Source: Candidatus Forterrea multitransposorum CG_2015-17_Forterrea_25_41
GTDB lineage: Archaea; Iainarchaeota; Iainarchaeia; Iainarchaeales; CSSED10-239
DNA length: 64,000 bases
Assembly: GCA_009392915.1 (NCBI GenBank)
Contig: CP045477.1
Coordinates: 768,001-832,000 of the forward strand
Direction: 5' to 3'
Made by a program: the position numbers and the translations under genes. The notes beneath the pieces are model-generated. The model was not told the origin of the DNA. It saw only the letters and a list, made by a program, of their open reading frames with translations, and searched no databases. This document shows, piece by piece, positions 48,683 to 58,840 of the stretch (within the stretch, counting starts at the first letter, position 1; each line of letters begins with the position of its first letter).

Positions 48683-49948
48683 TTGAAAAATAAAACAATA
48701 AGCTATAAAAAACCAATTTATCTTAAATATAATATGAGTGATAACATTTTTTATGAATATTTAAACAAAGGTTCTCTATTTGTAAATAAAAATAAAATAT
48801 CACCTCATTATGTTCCAGAAAAATTACCTTTTAGAGATGAACAAATAAAAGAATTGTCCTTATGGCTTTCTCCTGCACTTAAAAAAGAAAAACCACATAA
48901 TATATTTATTTATGGAAAGGTAGGCACAGGTAAAACTTCTGCTGTAAGGCATGTTGTAAATCAATTAGATAGTATTTCAAAAGAAAATAATCTTTGTCTT
49001 TATACACTTTATCTTAATTGTAGAAATTATCAAACAAAACATGCTATTCTTTTTTACTGTGTTCAATCGTTTTATCCTGATAAAAATTTTGTAGGTTATT
49101 CAAAATCTTTTATTTATGATAAATTTATAACTTTTTTAAAAGAAAATGAATTGAATTTTGTTGTAATTTTAGATGAAATTGATAAAATTAAAGATAGAGA
49201 GATAGATGACTTAATATATACTTTATCTAGAAGTAATGATGAATTAGGTGTTGGATCTAGTGTTTCAATGATTGGTATTTCAAATAATTTATTTTTTATG
49301 TCAAGACTTGATCCTAGAACAAAAAGTTCTTTATGTGAGCAAGAGGCTGTATATCCTCCGTATAATGCTGAAGAACTAAAAGAAATTTTAAAACAAAGAG
49401 TATCTTTAACTTTTAAAGAAAATGTTGTTCTAGATTCTGCAATAAATTCAGCTGCTGCAATGGCTGCAAAAGAATCTGGTGATGCAAGGACTGCTTTAAT
49501 GCTTTTACTTAAAGCTGGTGAAATTGCAGATATGAATAAAAAAGATTTTGTAACTGATAAAGAAGTACATTTAGCAAAAGATAAAGTTGAACATGAGATT
49601 ATTAGAAGTATGGTTTTAACATTGCCTGTTCAATTACAATTAGTTTTACTTGCTATAACAGAAAGATCAGAATCTCCAAAAGGAATTTTAAAGATTGATG
49701 GATCTTATGAAGAAAATGTGCTTTATTCTGGTGAGATATACGATACATATATAGTTGTTTCAAATAAATATGGTGAAAAACCAGTGTCTATGAGATGGTT
49801 TAGAGAGTATATCAATGAATTAGAAGCTTATGGTTTCATTTCTACTACTCAATCAGGTAAAGGTGTTAAAGGAAACACCACTTTAATAAAATTAGGTGTT
49901 GATTCTAAAAGCATAAAAGATCTTTTAGAAAAAGAATTTAATGTTTAG
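48683..49948 (+). CDS. cdc6: Orc1/Cdc6 replication initiator. The annotated start is TTG; the ATG giving MSDNIF... at about 48734 is more plausible.
   Basis: Walker A YGKVGTGKTSAV, Walker B VILDEID, C-terminal winged helix. Confidence 0.85.
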   Translation: MKNKTISYKKPIYLKYNMSDNIFYEYLNKGSLFVNKNKISPHYVPEKLPFRDEQIKELSLWLSPALKKEKPHNIFIYGKVGTGKTSAVRHVVNQLDSISKENNLCLYTLYLNCRNYQTKHAILFYCVQSFYPDKNFVGYSKSFIYDKFITFLKENELNFVVILDEIDKIKDREIDDLIYTLSRSNDELGVGSSVSMIGISNNLFFMSRLDPRTKSSLCEQEAVYPPYNAEELKEILKQRVSLTFKENVVLDSAINSAAAMAAKESGDARTALMLLLKAGEIADMNKKDFVTDKEVHLAKDKVEHEIIRSMVLTLPVQLQLVLLAITERSESPKGILKIDGSYEENVLYSGEIYDTYIVVSNKYGEKPVSMRWFREYINELEAYGFISTTQSGKGVKGNTTLIKLGVDSKSIKDLLEKEFNV

Positions 49949-50759
49949 TTTTTCTAATTTTTTTCCAAATTGGCTCTTTTTTAGTTTTTAGAGGTTTTAT
50001 TTTTTGTTTTTTTTCTTTTAAATCAATATAATTTTTAAATTTATTTATAAATGTAGATTTTACATTTTCAAAGTTTATTTTTTCTGATTTTATTCCACCT
50101 TCAATATATGCATCAAGATAACTTATAATAATTCTTTCATATTCTTTATCTGTAACTGTTGAATATTTTCTTGGAAGAACTCCAGAAGTTGGAATTTTCA
50201 TTTTTTTTGAAATATCAACTAAATTTGAAATAACTTTTTGTTTCCAATTTCCTAATATTTTATTTGCTTCTTTTGTTTTTAGACTATATTTTTTTCCTTG
50301 AATTAAATTTATTTGTAATTCTTTTTTACCATTTTTAAATAAAAATATAAAATTAAAAGATCCAAAGTTTTCTCCTTGAAAATAAGCATTTATCTGAAAT
50401 GGAGCTTCAACATGTTTATTTGAATAACCAATTTCAGGAATTATTTCAGAAGATGCATATTTAAGAGTTATTTTTTTATCTAAATTAAAATTTTCAATTT
50501 TTTTTTCAAAAACTTTTTTAAATTTTAAATTATAATCAACTATTTTAAAAAATTCAGCATCAGGATAAAAAGAATTTCTAGGAAGATTTGACAGTACCAT
50601 TAAAGCGGTTTCTATTTTTTCAGGAGTTTTATATTTGTCAATTAAATTTTGAATAAATGTAGGTTCATGTCCAATAGTGTATTGTGTTTGAAGTTTAATT
50701 GCTCCTTTATAATTAGTAATTATTTTATCTATTAAAGGATTTTTAGGCATTATTTTCAC
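49938..50759 (-). CDS. Hypothetical protein
   Basis: No recognisable motif. Upstream of and co-directional with the signal peptidase gene. Confidence 0.3.
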   Translation of the reverse strand: MKIMPKNPLIDKIITNYKGAIKLQTQYTIGHEPTFIQNLIDKYKTPEKIETALMVLSNLPRNSFYPDAEFFKIVDYNLKFKKVFEKKIENFNLDKKITLKYASSEIIPEIGYSNKHVEAPFQINAYFQGENFGSFNFIFLFKNGKKELQINLIQGKKYSLKTKEANKILGNWKQKVISNLVDISKKMKIPTSGVLPRKYSTVTDKEYERIIISYLDAYIEGGIKSEKINFENVKSTFINKFKNYIDLKEKKQKIKPLKTKKEPIWKKIRKTKH

Positions 50760-51461
50760 TTATCCTCTGAATAAAAATAATTTTAGATACCCAATATATG
50801 GTATTCTTAATATTTTTTTACCCATTAAGTTTTCAACATTAATTGGATAAACATTTAAACAACCATTCACAATATAGTTTCCTGAAATTGCACAATCTTG
50901 ATCAATAATATAATTTGTTTCTCCATTATCTCCTTTGGTTAAAACATATTTTCCATCATTTGCATTAATAATTAAAACAACTCTATGAATAATATCTCTG
51001 CCAGTAAGATTTGATTTATAGACTACTACTGAATTATTTTTTTCAATAGCGTCTTTAATTTCAATAATTTGATTATTAATTTCTATTGTTTTAACTTCAT
51101 TGTTTCCATAACTATTTAATTTATATTCCATTTTTGCAAATTCACTTAAATTTTTAGTTGAAATATTTTCATCAATAGTAATTATTTCTGATTTTAAATT
51201 TTTAGCAGAAGATATAACCATAATATCTCCTCTATAAAAACTAGGCTCCATTGATCCAGAAACAACTGTTGCAAGAGGAAGTGAAGTTCCTAAAATTAAT
51301 CCTAATAATTTAAAAATAATAAATGCTAAAATAAGAGAATAGACTAAATAAAAAATCCAATACATTATTTTTGTATCTAAACTTTTAGGTTTTCCAAAAA
51401 GTCTTAAAAGAAGTGTATCTATGTAATAGTATGGATCTAAATATTTTAATCTATCTTTCAT
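50760..51461 (-). CDS. Signal peptidase I (archaeal Sec11/S26B type)
   Basis: VVSGSMEPSFYRGDIMV contains the catalytic Ser box. N-terminal TM segment. Confidence 0.7.
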   Translation of the reverse strand: MKDRLKYLDPYYYIDTLLLRLFGKPKSLDTKIMYWIFYLVYSLILAFIIFKLLGLILGTSLPLATVVSGSMEPSFYRGDIMVISSAKNLKSEIITIDENISTKNLSEFAKMEYKLNSYGNNEVKTIEINNQIIEIKDAIEKNNSVVVYKSNLTGRDIIHRVVLIINANDGKYVLTKGDNGETNYIIDQDCAISGNYIVNGCLNVYPINVENLMGKKILRIPYIGYLKLFLFRG

Positions 51462-51472
51462 TATTTAAAACC

Positions 51473-51751
51473 TTAATCTTGTGTAAGTTTTTGAAGGTTG
51501 TTAATTGTTGATAAAACATTTTCTTCAGCTTCTGAAATACATTCTAAGAAAACATCTTTTGCTGCTTGTTCTTTTGTTCTTAAATAAAAAATAAATTCGT
51601 TTGTTAAGTGATCAGATTTTTTAAGAGCTACAAATTCTACATCTCTTTTAGAACTTGCAATATTTTCAATTAAATAGAAAAAAGAAACATCTTCTTCTAT
51701 AATTTTAATTTCAATTTCATTTTTTTCTTTTTTTATAAATTCAAAATCCAT
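51473..51751 (-). CDS. rpoL: DNA-directed RNA polymerase subunit L (Rpb11 homolog)
   Basis: EIEIKIIEEDVSFFYLIENIA...DVEFVALKKSDHLTNEFIFYLRTK fits the RpoL pattern (gEdhTl.NlL...V.fagY...HPl). Confidence 0.55.
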   Translation of the reverse strand: MDFEFIKKEKNEIEIKIIEEDVSFFYLIENIASSKRDVEFVALKKSDHLTNEFIFYLRTKEQAAKDVFLECISEAEENVLSTINNLQKLTQD

Positions 51752-51757
51752 GGTTAT

Positions 51758-52180
51758 TCACATTTTCCCTATTTTTTTAGTATTTATTGTTTTACAATTT
51801 AAACATTTAATACTAGCGTCTGTTAAATTTAATTCAGCTTTACAATTTTTACAGTATGATTTTATAACTCCAAGATCAGGTTCACTAATCTTAATTTTAA
51901 AACCAAATTTATCTTGTTCTGTAATTTTCGCTTTAACAATATCCCCAATCCTTACAACATCTCCCATTTTTTCAACATAATCTTCAGATGCATTATTAAT
52001 AAATAAGATTCCTGTTGCTGAAGGGCTTAAAACATGTTCACTTTTATTATTTATGTTTACAATGGCTATTTTATCAGTTGTTTGTACAACTTCACCAATA
52101 ACTATATCTCCTTCTCTAAGAGTTCTTTGTTGAGGTATATTTTTAAGTATTTTTTGTATATTATCTTCTTTAGAATTCAA
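51758..52180 (-). CDS. csl4: Exosome RNA-binding protein Csl4-like (S1 domain plus C-terminal zinc ribbon)
   Basis: S1-like GDIVIGEVVQTTDKIAIVNI followed by CKNCKAEL...CLNCKTIN. Adjacent to rpoL. Short for Csl4. Confidence 0.45.
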   Translation of the reverse strand: MNSKEDNIQKILKNIPQQRTLREGDIVIGEVVQTTDKIAIVNINNKSEHVLSPSATGILFINNASEDYVEKMGDVVRIGDIVKAKITEQDKFGFKIKISEPDLGVIKSYCKNCKAELNLTDASIKCLNCKTINTKKIGKM

Positions 52181-52280
52181 TTTTAATCACATTTTTTTAA
52201 GTATAATTATAAAATAAGTTATAATAATATATATTATATAATTAGAAATATTTTTATATTGTTTCCTTATCTATTTTTGT

Positions 52281-53135
52281 ATGGTTCTAGAATTAATTAC
52301 AAATACTTTTAAGTTAAGAAGTAGACCTTACTTAATGTTTTTTGAAGCTATTTTACTTACAGTTTTTGCAATATTTTTTTCAAATAGTATTTTTCCAGGT
52401 AAATATTTAAGTGTTGCAATTTTATCTTTTATAATCATAGGTGCAGTTCCTTTATTAAACCGTGTTTATTCTTATGATTCATATATTACAAATTATTCTA
52501 AACCTTTTTTTCTAAGACACAAACAAATTTTTATTTTATTATTTTTTTTCTTTTTAGGGATTGTTTTTACATTAATAACTTCTTATTTTGTATTAAGTGA
52601 TAATGTTTCTGAAAACCTTTTTAACGCACAATTTGAAGAACTTGAAAGAGTAAGTGAAGTTAGAAATTCAATAACTGGTGATTTATCTTCAAGTGGTTAT
52701 AATACAAATAAATTTTGGGAAGTTTTCTATTTAATTTTTAACAATAATTTAATAGTTGTAATTTCTGCAATAATTCTATCTTTTTTTTATGGTGCTGGTG
52801 GTTTATTTTTAATTGCTTGGAATGCATCTCTTTTAGCGGTTGTAATTATTAATTATATTTCCTCTGCAGTTTATCATACAGGAATTAATGCTGCAATCAT
52901 GGGTTCAAAACATGGACTTATAGCTTTTTTAGGTTTTATTCCTCATGGTTTTTTTGAAGTTTTAGCATATTTTGTAGCTTCTGTTGCAGGAGCTATTTTT
53001 GCAAGAGATCTTTTTAAAGGTGTTTTTAATACTCCTTTTAAGTGGCATGCTGCAAGAGATTTTTTATATTTATTTTTACTTGCTATATTTTGTTTAATTA
53101 TTGGTGGATTAATAGAAGCAAGTTATTTTGTTTAG
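52281..53135 (+). CDS. DUF95/SpoIIM-family membrane protein
   Basis: Multi-TM protein with the conserved GFIPHGFFEVLAYFVASVAG motif (HG..E..A). Confidence 0.45.
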   Translation: MVLELITNTFKLRSRPYLMFFEAILLTVFAIFFSNSIFPGKYLSVAILSFIIIGAVPLLNRVYSYDSYITNYSKPFFLRHKQIFILLFFFFLGIVFTLITSYFVLSDNVSENLFNAQFEELERVSEVRNSITGDLSSSGYNTNKFWEVFYLIFNNNLIVVISAIILSFFYGAGGLFLIAWNASLLAVVIINYISSAVYHTGINAAIMGSKHGLIAFLGFIPHGFFEVLAYFVASVAGAIFARDLFKGVFNTPFKWHAARDFLYLFLLAIFCLIIGGLIEASYFV

Positions 53136-53180
53136 TAAATCTAACACATTTTTATTTCTTTTCATATACTAAATATATTT

Positions 53181-54176
53181 ATGTCTTATAACTACATTAT
53201 CAAATATCCTTTTTCAAACAAAGCAAAAGAATATTTAGAATCAAAAGAAATTGATCTTTTTTCAATTAATGAAGAAACTATTAAAAAAGCAACTTTGTTT
53301 ATTTTAAAAACTGTTTTTCAAGACATACAAGAAAATGAAAAACAATGGAAAGAATATCTTAGAATTGATGATGAAAGAATCGCAAAAATGTTTGCAACCT
53401 TATATCCTTTATCAAGAATTCTTTTAAATGTAGTAGACTATAATCCTCTTTATCAAAGATTTGGTGAATACTATCAAAAACAATTGCATTATTATTTAAA
53501 ACAACTTTTAGATAAAGAAGAATTTAAAGAAATACAAGATGATTTATGTAAAGAAATTAAATTTGATGAGGATAAAAACAAATATTATCTAAATTTAGTT
53601 GAATATTTATCCTTAAACTTAACAGATGATTATAAATTACAATATTCTAATCTTGATGATGGTAAAATTTATTTTACAAAATTAGAAGTTATTGATTTAT
53701 TATCTGTAATTTTAAAGAAGAGAATTTTAAAAAATATAGATCTTGAAAAAAAAGATCTTCCTAAATTATTTTTAGAATATGGGGATTATATTAGAAAAAA
53801 AGTAATTTCTGAAAATACTTTTGACATTAAAACAATTAATAAACCTGAAGTTAATACTTTTCCACCATGCTTTTTAAAAATATATAACAAACTTATAGGT
53901 GGAGAAAAACTATCTCATATTGAAAATTTTTATATTGCTGTTTTTTTATCTAACATAGGTTATAATTTTGATGAAATATTACATCTTTTTAAAAACTTAC
54001 CAAACTATGATGAAAAAATTGCAAGTTATCAAATCCAAAAAATAATTGAAAAAAAATATGCAGTTCCAAATTGTGATACTCTAAAAAGCAATGGTTTATG
54101 TGTTAATGATTGTAAAACAAAACATCCTTTTCAATTGTTTAAAAATATAAAAAAAGGTGAAAAAACAAATGAATGA
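53181..54176 (+). CDS. priL: DNA primase large subunit PriL
   Basis: The C-terminal Fe-S domain pattern FPPCFLKIY...HIENFYIAVFLSNIGY...PNCDTLKSNGLCVNDC carries the four Cys ligands. Confidence 0.65.
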   Translation: MSYNYIIKYPFSNKAKEYLESKEIDLFSINEETIKKATLFILKTVFQDIQENEKQWKEYLRIDDERIAKMFATLYPLSRILLNVVDYNPLYQRFGEYYQKQLHYYLKQLLDKEEFKEIQDDLCKEIKFDEDKNKYYLNLVEYLSLNLTDDYKLQYSNLDDGKIYFTKLEVIDLLSVILKKRILKNIDLEKKDLPKLFLEYGDYIRKKVISENTFDIKTINKPEVNTFPPCFLKIYNKLIGGEKLSHIENFYIAVFLSNIGYNFDEILHLFKNLPNYDEKIASYQIQKIIEKKYAVPNCDTLKSNGLCVNDCKTKHPFQLFKNIKKGEKTNE

Positions 54177-55689
54177 TCAAAAAGTACTTTTACTTATATT
54201 AGATGGTGTGGGAGTTAATAAAGAATATCCAGGCAATGCTCCATTTTTAGCAAATACAAAAACATTAGATTCTTTAATTAAAAAATATCCTTATCTAGAA
54301 TTAGGTGCAAGTGAAGAATATGTTGGACTTTCAAAAGGACAGATTGGAGGTTCTGAGATTGGTCATTTAACAATTGGTGCTGGTAGAATAGTCCTTTCAG
54401 ATATTGAAAGAATTAATAGATCAATAAAAGATAAATCTTTTTTTAAAAATAAAATATTAAACCAAGCTTTTAAGGATGTTAAAAAAGATAATTCTCTTCA
54501 TATAATGGGTCTTTTAAGTGATGGTGGAGTTCATTCTCATATTAACCATTTATTTGCTTTAATTGATATGGTTAAATTAAAAAAATTAAAAAAAGTATAT
54601 TTACATCTTTTTGGAGATGGTAGAGATGTTCCTCCTAAATCTATTCTTGAATATATTTCAAAATTAAAAGCATACATCTATAAAAGAAAATTAGAACATG
54701 TAATTGAGATTGCAAGTCTTGCAGGTAGATATTATGCAATGGATAGAGATCATAAATGGGATAGAATTGAAAAAGCTTACAAAGTAATTGTTACCGGAGA
54801 AGGAAATATTGATGATAGTAAAGCTGTATTTATAAAAAAAAGCTATAAAAAAGGAATTACAGATGAATTTTTAGTTCCAACTTTATTTGATAAAGATGCT
54901 TTAATTAAAAACAAAGATACAGTTATTTTTTTTAATTTTAGAAGTGATAGAGCAAGAGCAATATCAAGTGCTTTTATTGATAAATCTTTTAAAAATTTTA
55001 AAACTAAAAAATTAAATCTGAATTTTTATTCTTTTACTCAATATGATAAAAACTTTAAAAATCTAAATGTTATTTTTCCTCCATTAAAACCAGCTACAGG
55101 TTTAGGACAAATAATTTCAAAGCTTGGTTATAAACAATTAAGAGCTGCAGAAACAGAAAAATATGCACATGTAACTTATTTTTTTAATCAAGGTCAAGAA
55201 AAAGCAAACAAAAATGAAGATAGAATATTAGTTCCATCTCCAAAGATTTCAACTTATGATCTTATGCCAGAGATGTCTCTTTTAAAGTTAATTAAAAAAG
55301 TAATTCCTGCAATTAAGAAAAACTATAAATTAATGGTTATTAATTTTGCAAATGGTGATATGGTTGGACATACTGGAAATTTACATTCTACAATTTCTTC
55401 TTTAGAGTATATGGATGATTCTATTAATAAAATATTAAAAACAATTGATAAAAAAACAACTTTGATAATTACTGCAGATCATGGTAATTGTGATGAAATG
55501 ATTTATCCTGACAAATCAATGAGTACAGCTCATAGTTTAAATAAAGTTCCATTTATTTTAGTGTCTGATAAGTTTTCTTTGAAAAAAAATATTAAAAAAC
55601 CAACTCTTGCAAATATTGCTCCAACAATTTTAGATATTTTAGATGAAAAGATACCAAAAGATATGGATAAATCTCTTTTAAAAAAATGA
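54157..55689 (+). CDS. gpmI: 2,3-bisphosphoglycerate-independent phosphoglycerate mutase, bacterial GpmI type
   Basis: LLILDGVG, SDGGVHSH, ADHGN. Length is about 510 aa. Confidence 0.8.
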   Translation: MKKQMNDQKVLLLILDGVGVNKEYPGNAPFLANTKTLDSLIKKYPYLELGASEEYVGLSKGQIGGSEIGHLTIGAGRIVLSDIERINRSIKDKSFFKNKILNQAFKDVKKDNSLHIMGLLSDGGVHSHINHLFALIDMVKLKKLKKVYLHLFGDGRDVPPKSILEYISKLKAYIYKRKLEHVIEIASLAGRYYAMDRDHKWDRIEKAYKVIVTGEGNIDDSKAVFIKKSYKKGITDEFLVPTLFDKDALIKNKDTVIFFNFRSDRARAISSAFIDKSFKNFKTKKLNLNFYSFTQYDKNFKNLNVIFPPLKPATGLGQIISKLGYKQLRAAETEKYAHVTYFFNQGQEKANKNEDRILVPSPKISTYDLMPEMSLLKLIKKVIPAIKKNYKLMVINFANGDMVGHTGNLHSTISSLEYMDDSINKILKTIDKKTTLIITADHGNCDEMIYPDKSMSTAHSLNKVPFILVSDKFSLKKNIKKPTLANIAPTILDILDEKIPKDMDKSLLKK

Positions 55690-55695
55690 TTTTTT

Positions 55696-56724
55696 ATGAA
55701 TATTATAAAAATAGATTATAAAACAAAAGAAATTGTTTTCATTCCTCAAACAATAGAAGATTTATGGGTTATAAAAACTATTGCTCAAGAAGGAGATGTT
55801 ATAAGTGGTAGTTCATATAGAAGACTTAAAAATGAACAAACAGGAGATAGTGATAGAAAACCTGTTTTTGTGAAAATTGATATTGAAAAAAAAGATTATT
55901 CTTCAACTCTTAACTCTTTAAGATTTACTGGAAAAATATTTTTTTCAAAACCAGAAGACTTTGCACCCTTAGGAGAATATCATACCTTAGAAGTTTCTCT
56001 TCAAAATAAATTTTCAATTACTAAAAAAGAACTTTTTGATTTTCAAATTGATCTTTTAAAAAATGCATCTTCTTTAAAAAATAAAATTAATGTTGTTATT
56101 TTAGATGATGAAATTTCTGAAATTTATATGTTATCTGGAATTTCAAATGAAAATATTGCAGTTATAAAATCAGGTAAACATGGAAAAAGATATAATCAAT
56201 CATTTGATTTTACTAACTTTTTTGAATCTATTTATTCTGTTGTTTCAAACAATAAAGAACAATTGATTATTGCAGGCCCAGGAGGTACTAAAAATTTATT
56301 TTCAAAATATTTAATTGAAAAGTATAGTCTTTCATCTTTAGTTGTAAATCTTTCAAGTACTTCTAAATCTGCAATTAATGAACTTTTAGGTAAAAAAGAA
56401 ATTTTAAAATTTTTTGAAAATTCAATTATTGTAAAAGAAAAAAACATGATTGATTCTTTTAAAGAAAATCTTGGAAAAGATAATTCTCTTGCAATCTATG
56501 GTTATACTGAGATTTTAAATATTTTAAGTACAGGTGCCTGTGATTTTATTTTAATATCTTATTCTTTTTGGCAAAAAGATATTGATAAAGTACAAAACTT
56601 AATTAAAGAAGCTGAGAAATATAAAACAAAAGTTCATGTGGTTGATGAAAGACATGAAGAAGTAATTAAAACATTAAATTCTTTTGGTGGAATTATTTCT
56701 GTTTTAAGATATAAGTTATTTTAA
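55696..56724 (+). CDS. pelA: Pelota/Dom34 ribosome rescue factor
   Basis: N-terminus MNIIKIDYKTKEIVFIPQTIEDLWVIKTIAQEGDVISGSSYRR matches Pelota. eRF1-like domains 2-3 (IIAGPGGTK). Confidence 0.75.
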   Translation: MNIIKIDYKTKEIVFIPQTIEDLWVIKTIAQEGDVISGSSYRRLKNEQTGDSDRKPVFVKIDIEKKDYSSTLNSLRFTGKIFFSKPEDFAPLGEYHTLEVSLQNKFSITKKELFDFQIDLLKNASSLKNKINVVILDDEISEIYMLSGISNENIAVIKSGKHGKRYNQSFDFTNFFESIYSVVSNNKEQLIIAGPGGTKNLFSKYLIEKYSLSSLVVNLSSTSKSAINELLGKKEILKFFENSIIVKEKNMIDSFKENLGKDNSLAIYGYTEILNILSTGACDFILISYSFWQKDIDKVQNLIKEAEKYKTKVHVVDERHEEVIKTLNSFGGIISVLRYKLF

Positions 56725-56754
56725 AAAAATAAAAGTAGATGGTTAAAAATAAAA

Positions 56755-57024
56755 TTAACCATGTATTTTAGTATCTTTTGCTTGTTTGATTGGAGTCTTT
56801 GCAACATCCATTTTCTTTTCAAGCATTTCTTTTTCTTCTTGTGCTTTTCTAAGAGTTCTTGTCATGTAACCTGCCATTAAGTTAATAGTTAACTTAGATA
56901 AAGGAAGTTTCATGCCTTTTAAAAAATTTTTATTAGTTTCAAATTCAATACCTACTTTGTCACTAAATTCTGTCATTATTATTTTTGCCTTTGCTTTTAT
57001 GCTATTTGATACTGCTTTTCCCAT
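56755..57024 (-). CDS. rps17e: 30S ribosomal protein S17e (eS17)
   Basis: IKAKAKIIMTEFSDKVGIEFETNKNF...PLSKLTINLMAGYMTRTLRK matches the S17e pattern (vKr.Ak.ii.kY...dF..NK...iPSK.lRN.iAGYvTr). Confidence 0.65.
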   Translation of the reverse strand: MGKAVSNSIKAKAKIIMTEFSDKVGIEFETNKNFLKGMKLPLSKLTINLMAGYMTRTLRKAQEEKEMLEKKMDVAKTPIKQAKDTKIHG

Positions 57025-57026
57025 AA

Positions 57027-57230
57027 TTAATTCACACTTATAATTTGTCTTTCTCCATTAACATCTCTAATTACTGCTAATGGTATTGTTTTTTTTAAAT
57101 ATTCTTTTTCTGCTAGAATGTATGCTGTATCTTCCTTTGTACTTCTTACTAAAGGAGGTGCACCATATGCTATTTGCTCTGCACGAGCAGATAATATTCT
57201 AGTTATTTCATATTTTGTTAATTTTTCCAT
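57027..57230 (-). CDS. rpoK: DNA-directed RNA polymerase subunit K (Rpb6 homolog)
   Basis: LTKYEITRILSARAEQIAYGAPPLV...YILAEKEYLKKTIPLAVIR. Confidence 0.8.
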   Translation of the reverse strand: MEKLTKYEITRILSARAEQIAYGAPPLVRSTKEDTAYILAEKEYLKKTIPLAVIRDVNGERQIISVN

Positions 57231-57405
57231 AGATTTTCATTTTTTAAAGTTTTTAAAAAATTAGATGTTTATAATATAATATATATCATAAATGCTTATA
57301 AATGTATTTTTTTTAAAGACTTTATGTTATTTTTATTTAAATGTTATTTTTTGTACAACCATAATGTTTTTATTATGTTTTAATATATAATTATATTGAT
57401 TATAT

Positions 57406-57945
57406 ATGGCTGTTATAAAGAAAATAAATGATTCAATAAGAGTAAAAATTTTATCTGCTATGACAAGAAAAGGAGCTGTTGTTCCAAATATTAGGCAGAT
57501 TAAAAAAATTACTGGTTTTCATAGAGCTACAATTAAATCTTCAATTGATTTTCTTGAAAATGAAAAATTTGTTTTAGGGTATCGTCCCTTATTAGATCCT
57601 TTAGTTGCTGGTTATAATTTAAAATCATCTTCTTATTTTCAAGTTGATCTTTCTTTAAAAGAAAAACAAAAAGAACTTCTTGATATTTTAAAAAAAGATA
57701 AAAATGTTTTATCAGCTTCACAAGTAATTTCTGATGGAGATTTTAATATTGCAATTTCTTTTCTTTCAAAAAATATTGAATCTTTTCATAATAGTTTAAG
57801 AGAAAAATATGTTTACAAAATACCGAACTATTATGATTTTATAAAAAAATCTTCAAGTTATTATTTATCTTCTCCAATCTATAAAGATAAAAATGAAATT
57901 GATGTGTTAATTGATTTATTAAATGAAGAACAAGGAACTGAATAG
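57406..57945 (+). CDS. HTH-type transcriptional regulator (Lrp/AsnC-like?)
   Basis: N-terminal HTH (NIRQIKKITGFHRATIKSSIDFLENEKFV) plus a C-terminal domain. Confidence 0.35.
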   Translation: MAVIKKINDSIRVKILSAMTRKGAVVPNIRQIKKITGFHRATIKSSIDFLENEKFVLGYRPLLDPLVAGYNLKSSSYFQVDLSLKEKQKELLDILKKDKNVLSASQVISDGDFNIAISFLSKNIESFHNSLREKYVYKIPNYYDFIKKSSSYYLSSPIYKDKNEIDVLIDLLNEEQGTE

Positions 57946-57947
57946 AA

Positions 57948-58757
57948 ATGTCTGTTGAAATCAATTATACTTTATCTGCTGGAAGAAATGCAGAAAATAA
58001 GTATTTAGAACGAAATAAGTTTAAATCTAAACTAGATGGTGCAAATAAAGCTATATTAATAACTAAACAAAAGATTGATTCTCAAGATAAAAAAATTATT
58101 GAAAAACAAAAAAATAAAATCAATGTTTTAAAAAAGACTGAGAAGAAAAAAGAATGGTATCATAAATTTAGATTTTTCTTTACAACTAATGGTTTCTTAG
58201 TATTAGGTGGAAAAGACACTAAAAATAATGATTTCTTAATAAAAAAACATTTAAAAGAAAATGATCTTTATTTTCATGCTGATGTTCATGGAGCACCACA
58301 TGTTATTTTAAAAAATGATTTAAAAAAAGAAATTCTTGAAGAAGATAAAATAGAAGCCGCATGTTTTGCTTTAATTTTTTCTTCAGCTTGGAAAACAAAA
58401 TCTTTTTCAGCAGAAGTTTATTCTGTTTCTCCTGATCAAGTTTCAAAAACTGCAAATACAGGTGAATCTTTAGGTTCAGGGGCTTTTGTTATAAGAGGAA
58501 AAAGAATATATTATAAAAAATTAAACTTAAAATTAAAGTTAATTTATGATTCAAAGCTTGGTCTTTATCCTTTCCCAGTACTTTTAACTTATAATGATAA
58601 TTTAAATAAAGATGAATTTTATTTAATTCCAGGTAGTTTAAAGAAATCAGATGTTTCAAAAGAAATTAAAAATTTATATTTTAAAAAAGGAATATCTTTA
58701 TCTCAAGAAGAAATAGACTCTTCACTTCCTCCTGGATCTTTTGAATTAATTAAATAA
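57948..58757 (+). CDS. NFACT-R (DUF814) domain protein
   Basis: TNGFLVLGGKDTKNNDFLIKKHLKENDLYFHADVHGAPHVILK...IEAACFALIFSSAW matches the NFACT-R/DUF814 core. Confidence 0.65.
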   Translation: MSVEINYTLSAGRNAENKYLERNKFKSKLDGANKAILITKQKIDSQDKKIIEKQKNKINVLKKTEKKKEWYHKFRFFFTTNGFLVLGGKDTKNNDFLIKKHLKENDLYFHADVHGAPHVILKNDLKKEILEEDKIEAACFALIFSSAWKTKSFSAEVYSVSPDQVSKTANTGESLGSGAFVIRGKRIYYKKLNLKLKLIYDSKLGLYPFPVLLTYNDNLNKDEFYLIPGSLKKSDVSKEIKNLYFKKGISLSQEEIDSSLPPGSFELIK

Positions 58758-58840
58758 CTATTAAAACACTTTGGTTCATAAATATATATATTATTTTATT
58801 AAACTTATTTTTTAAAAAAAATTTAACTTTGTGATAATTA

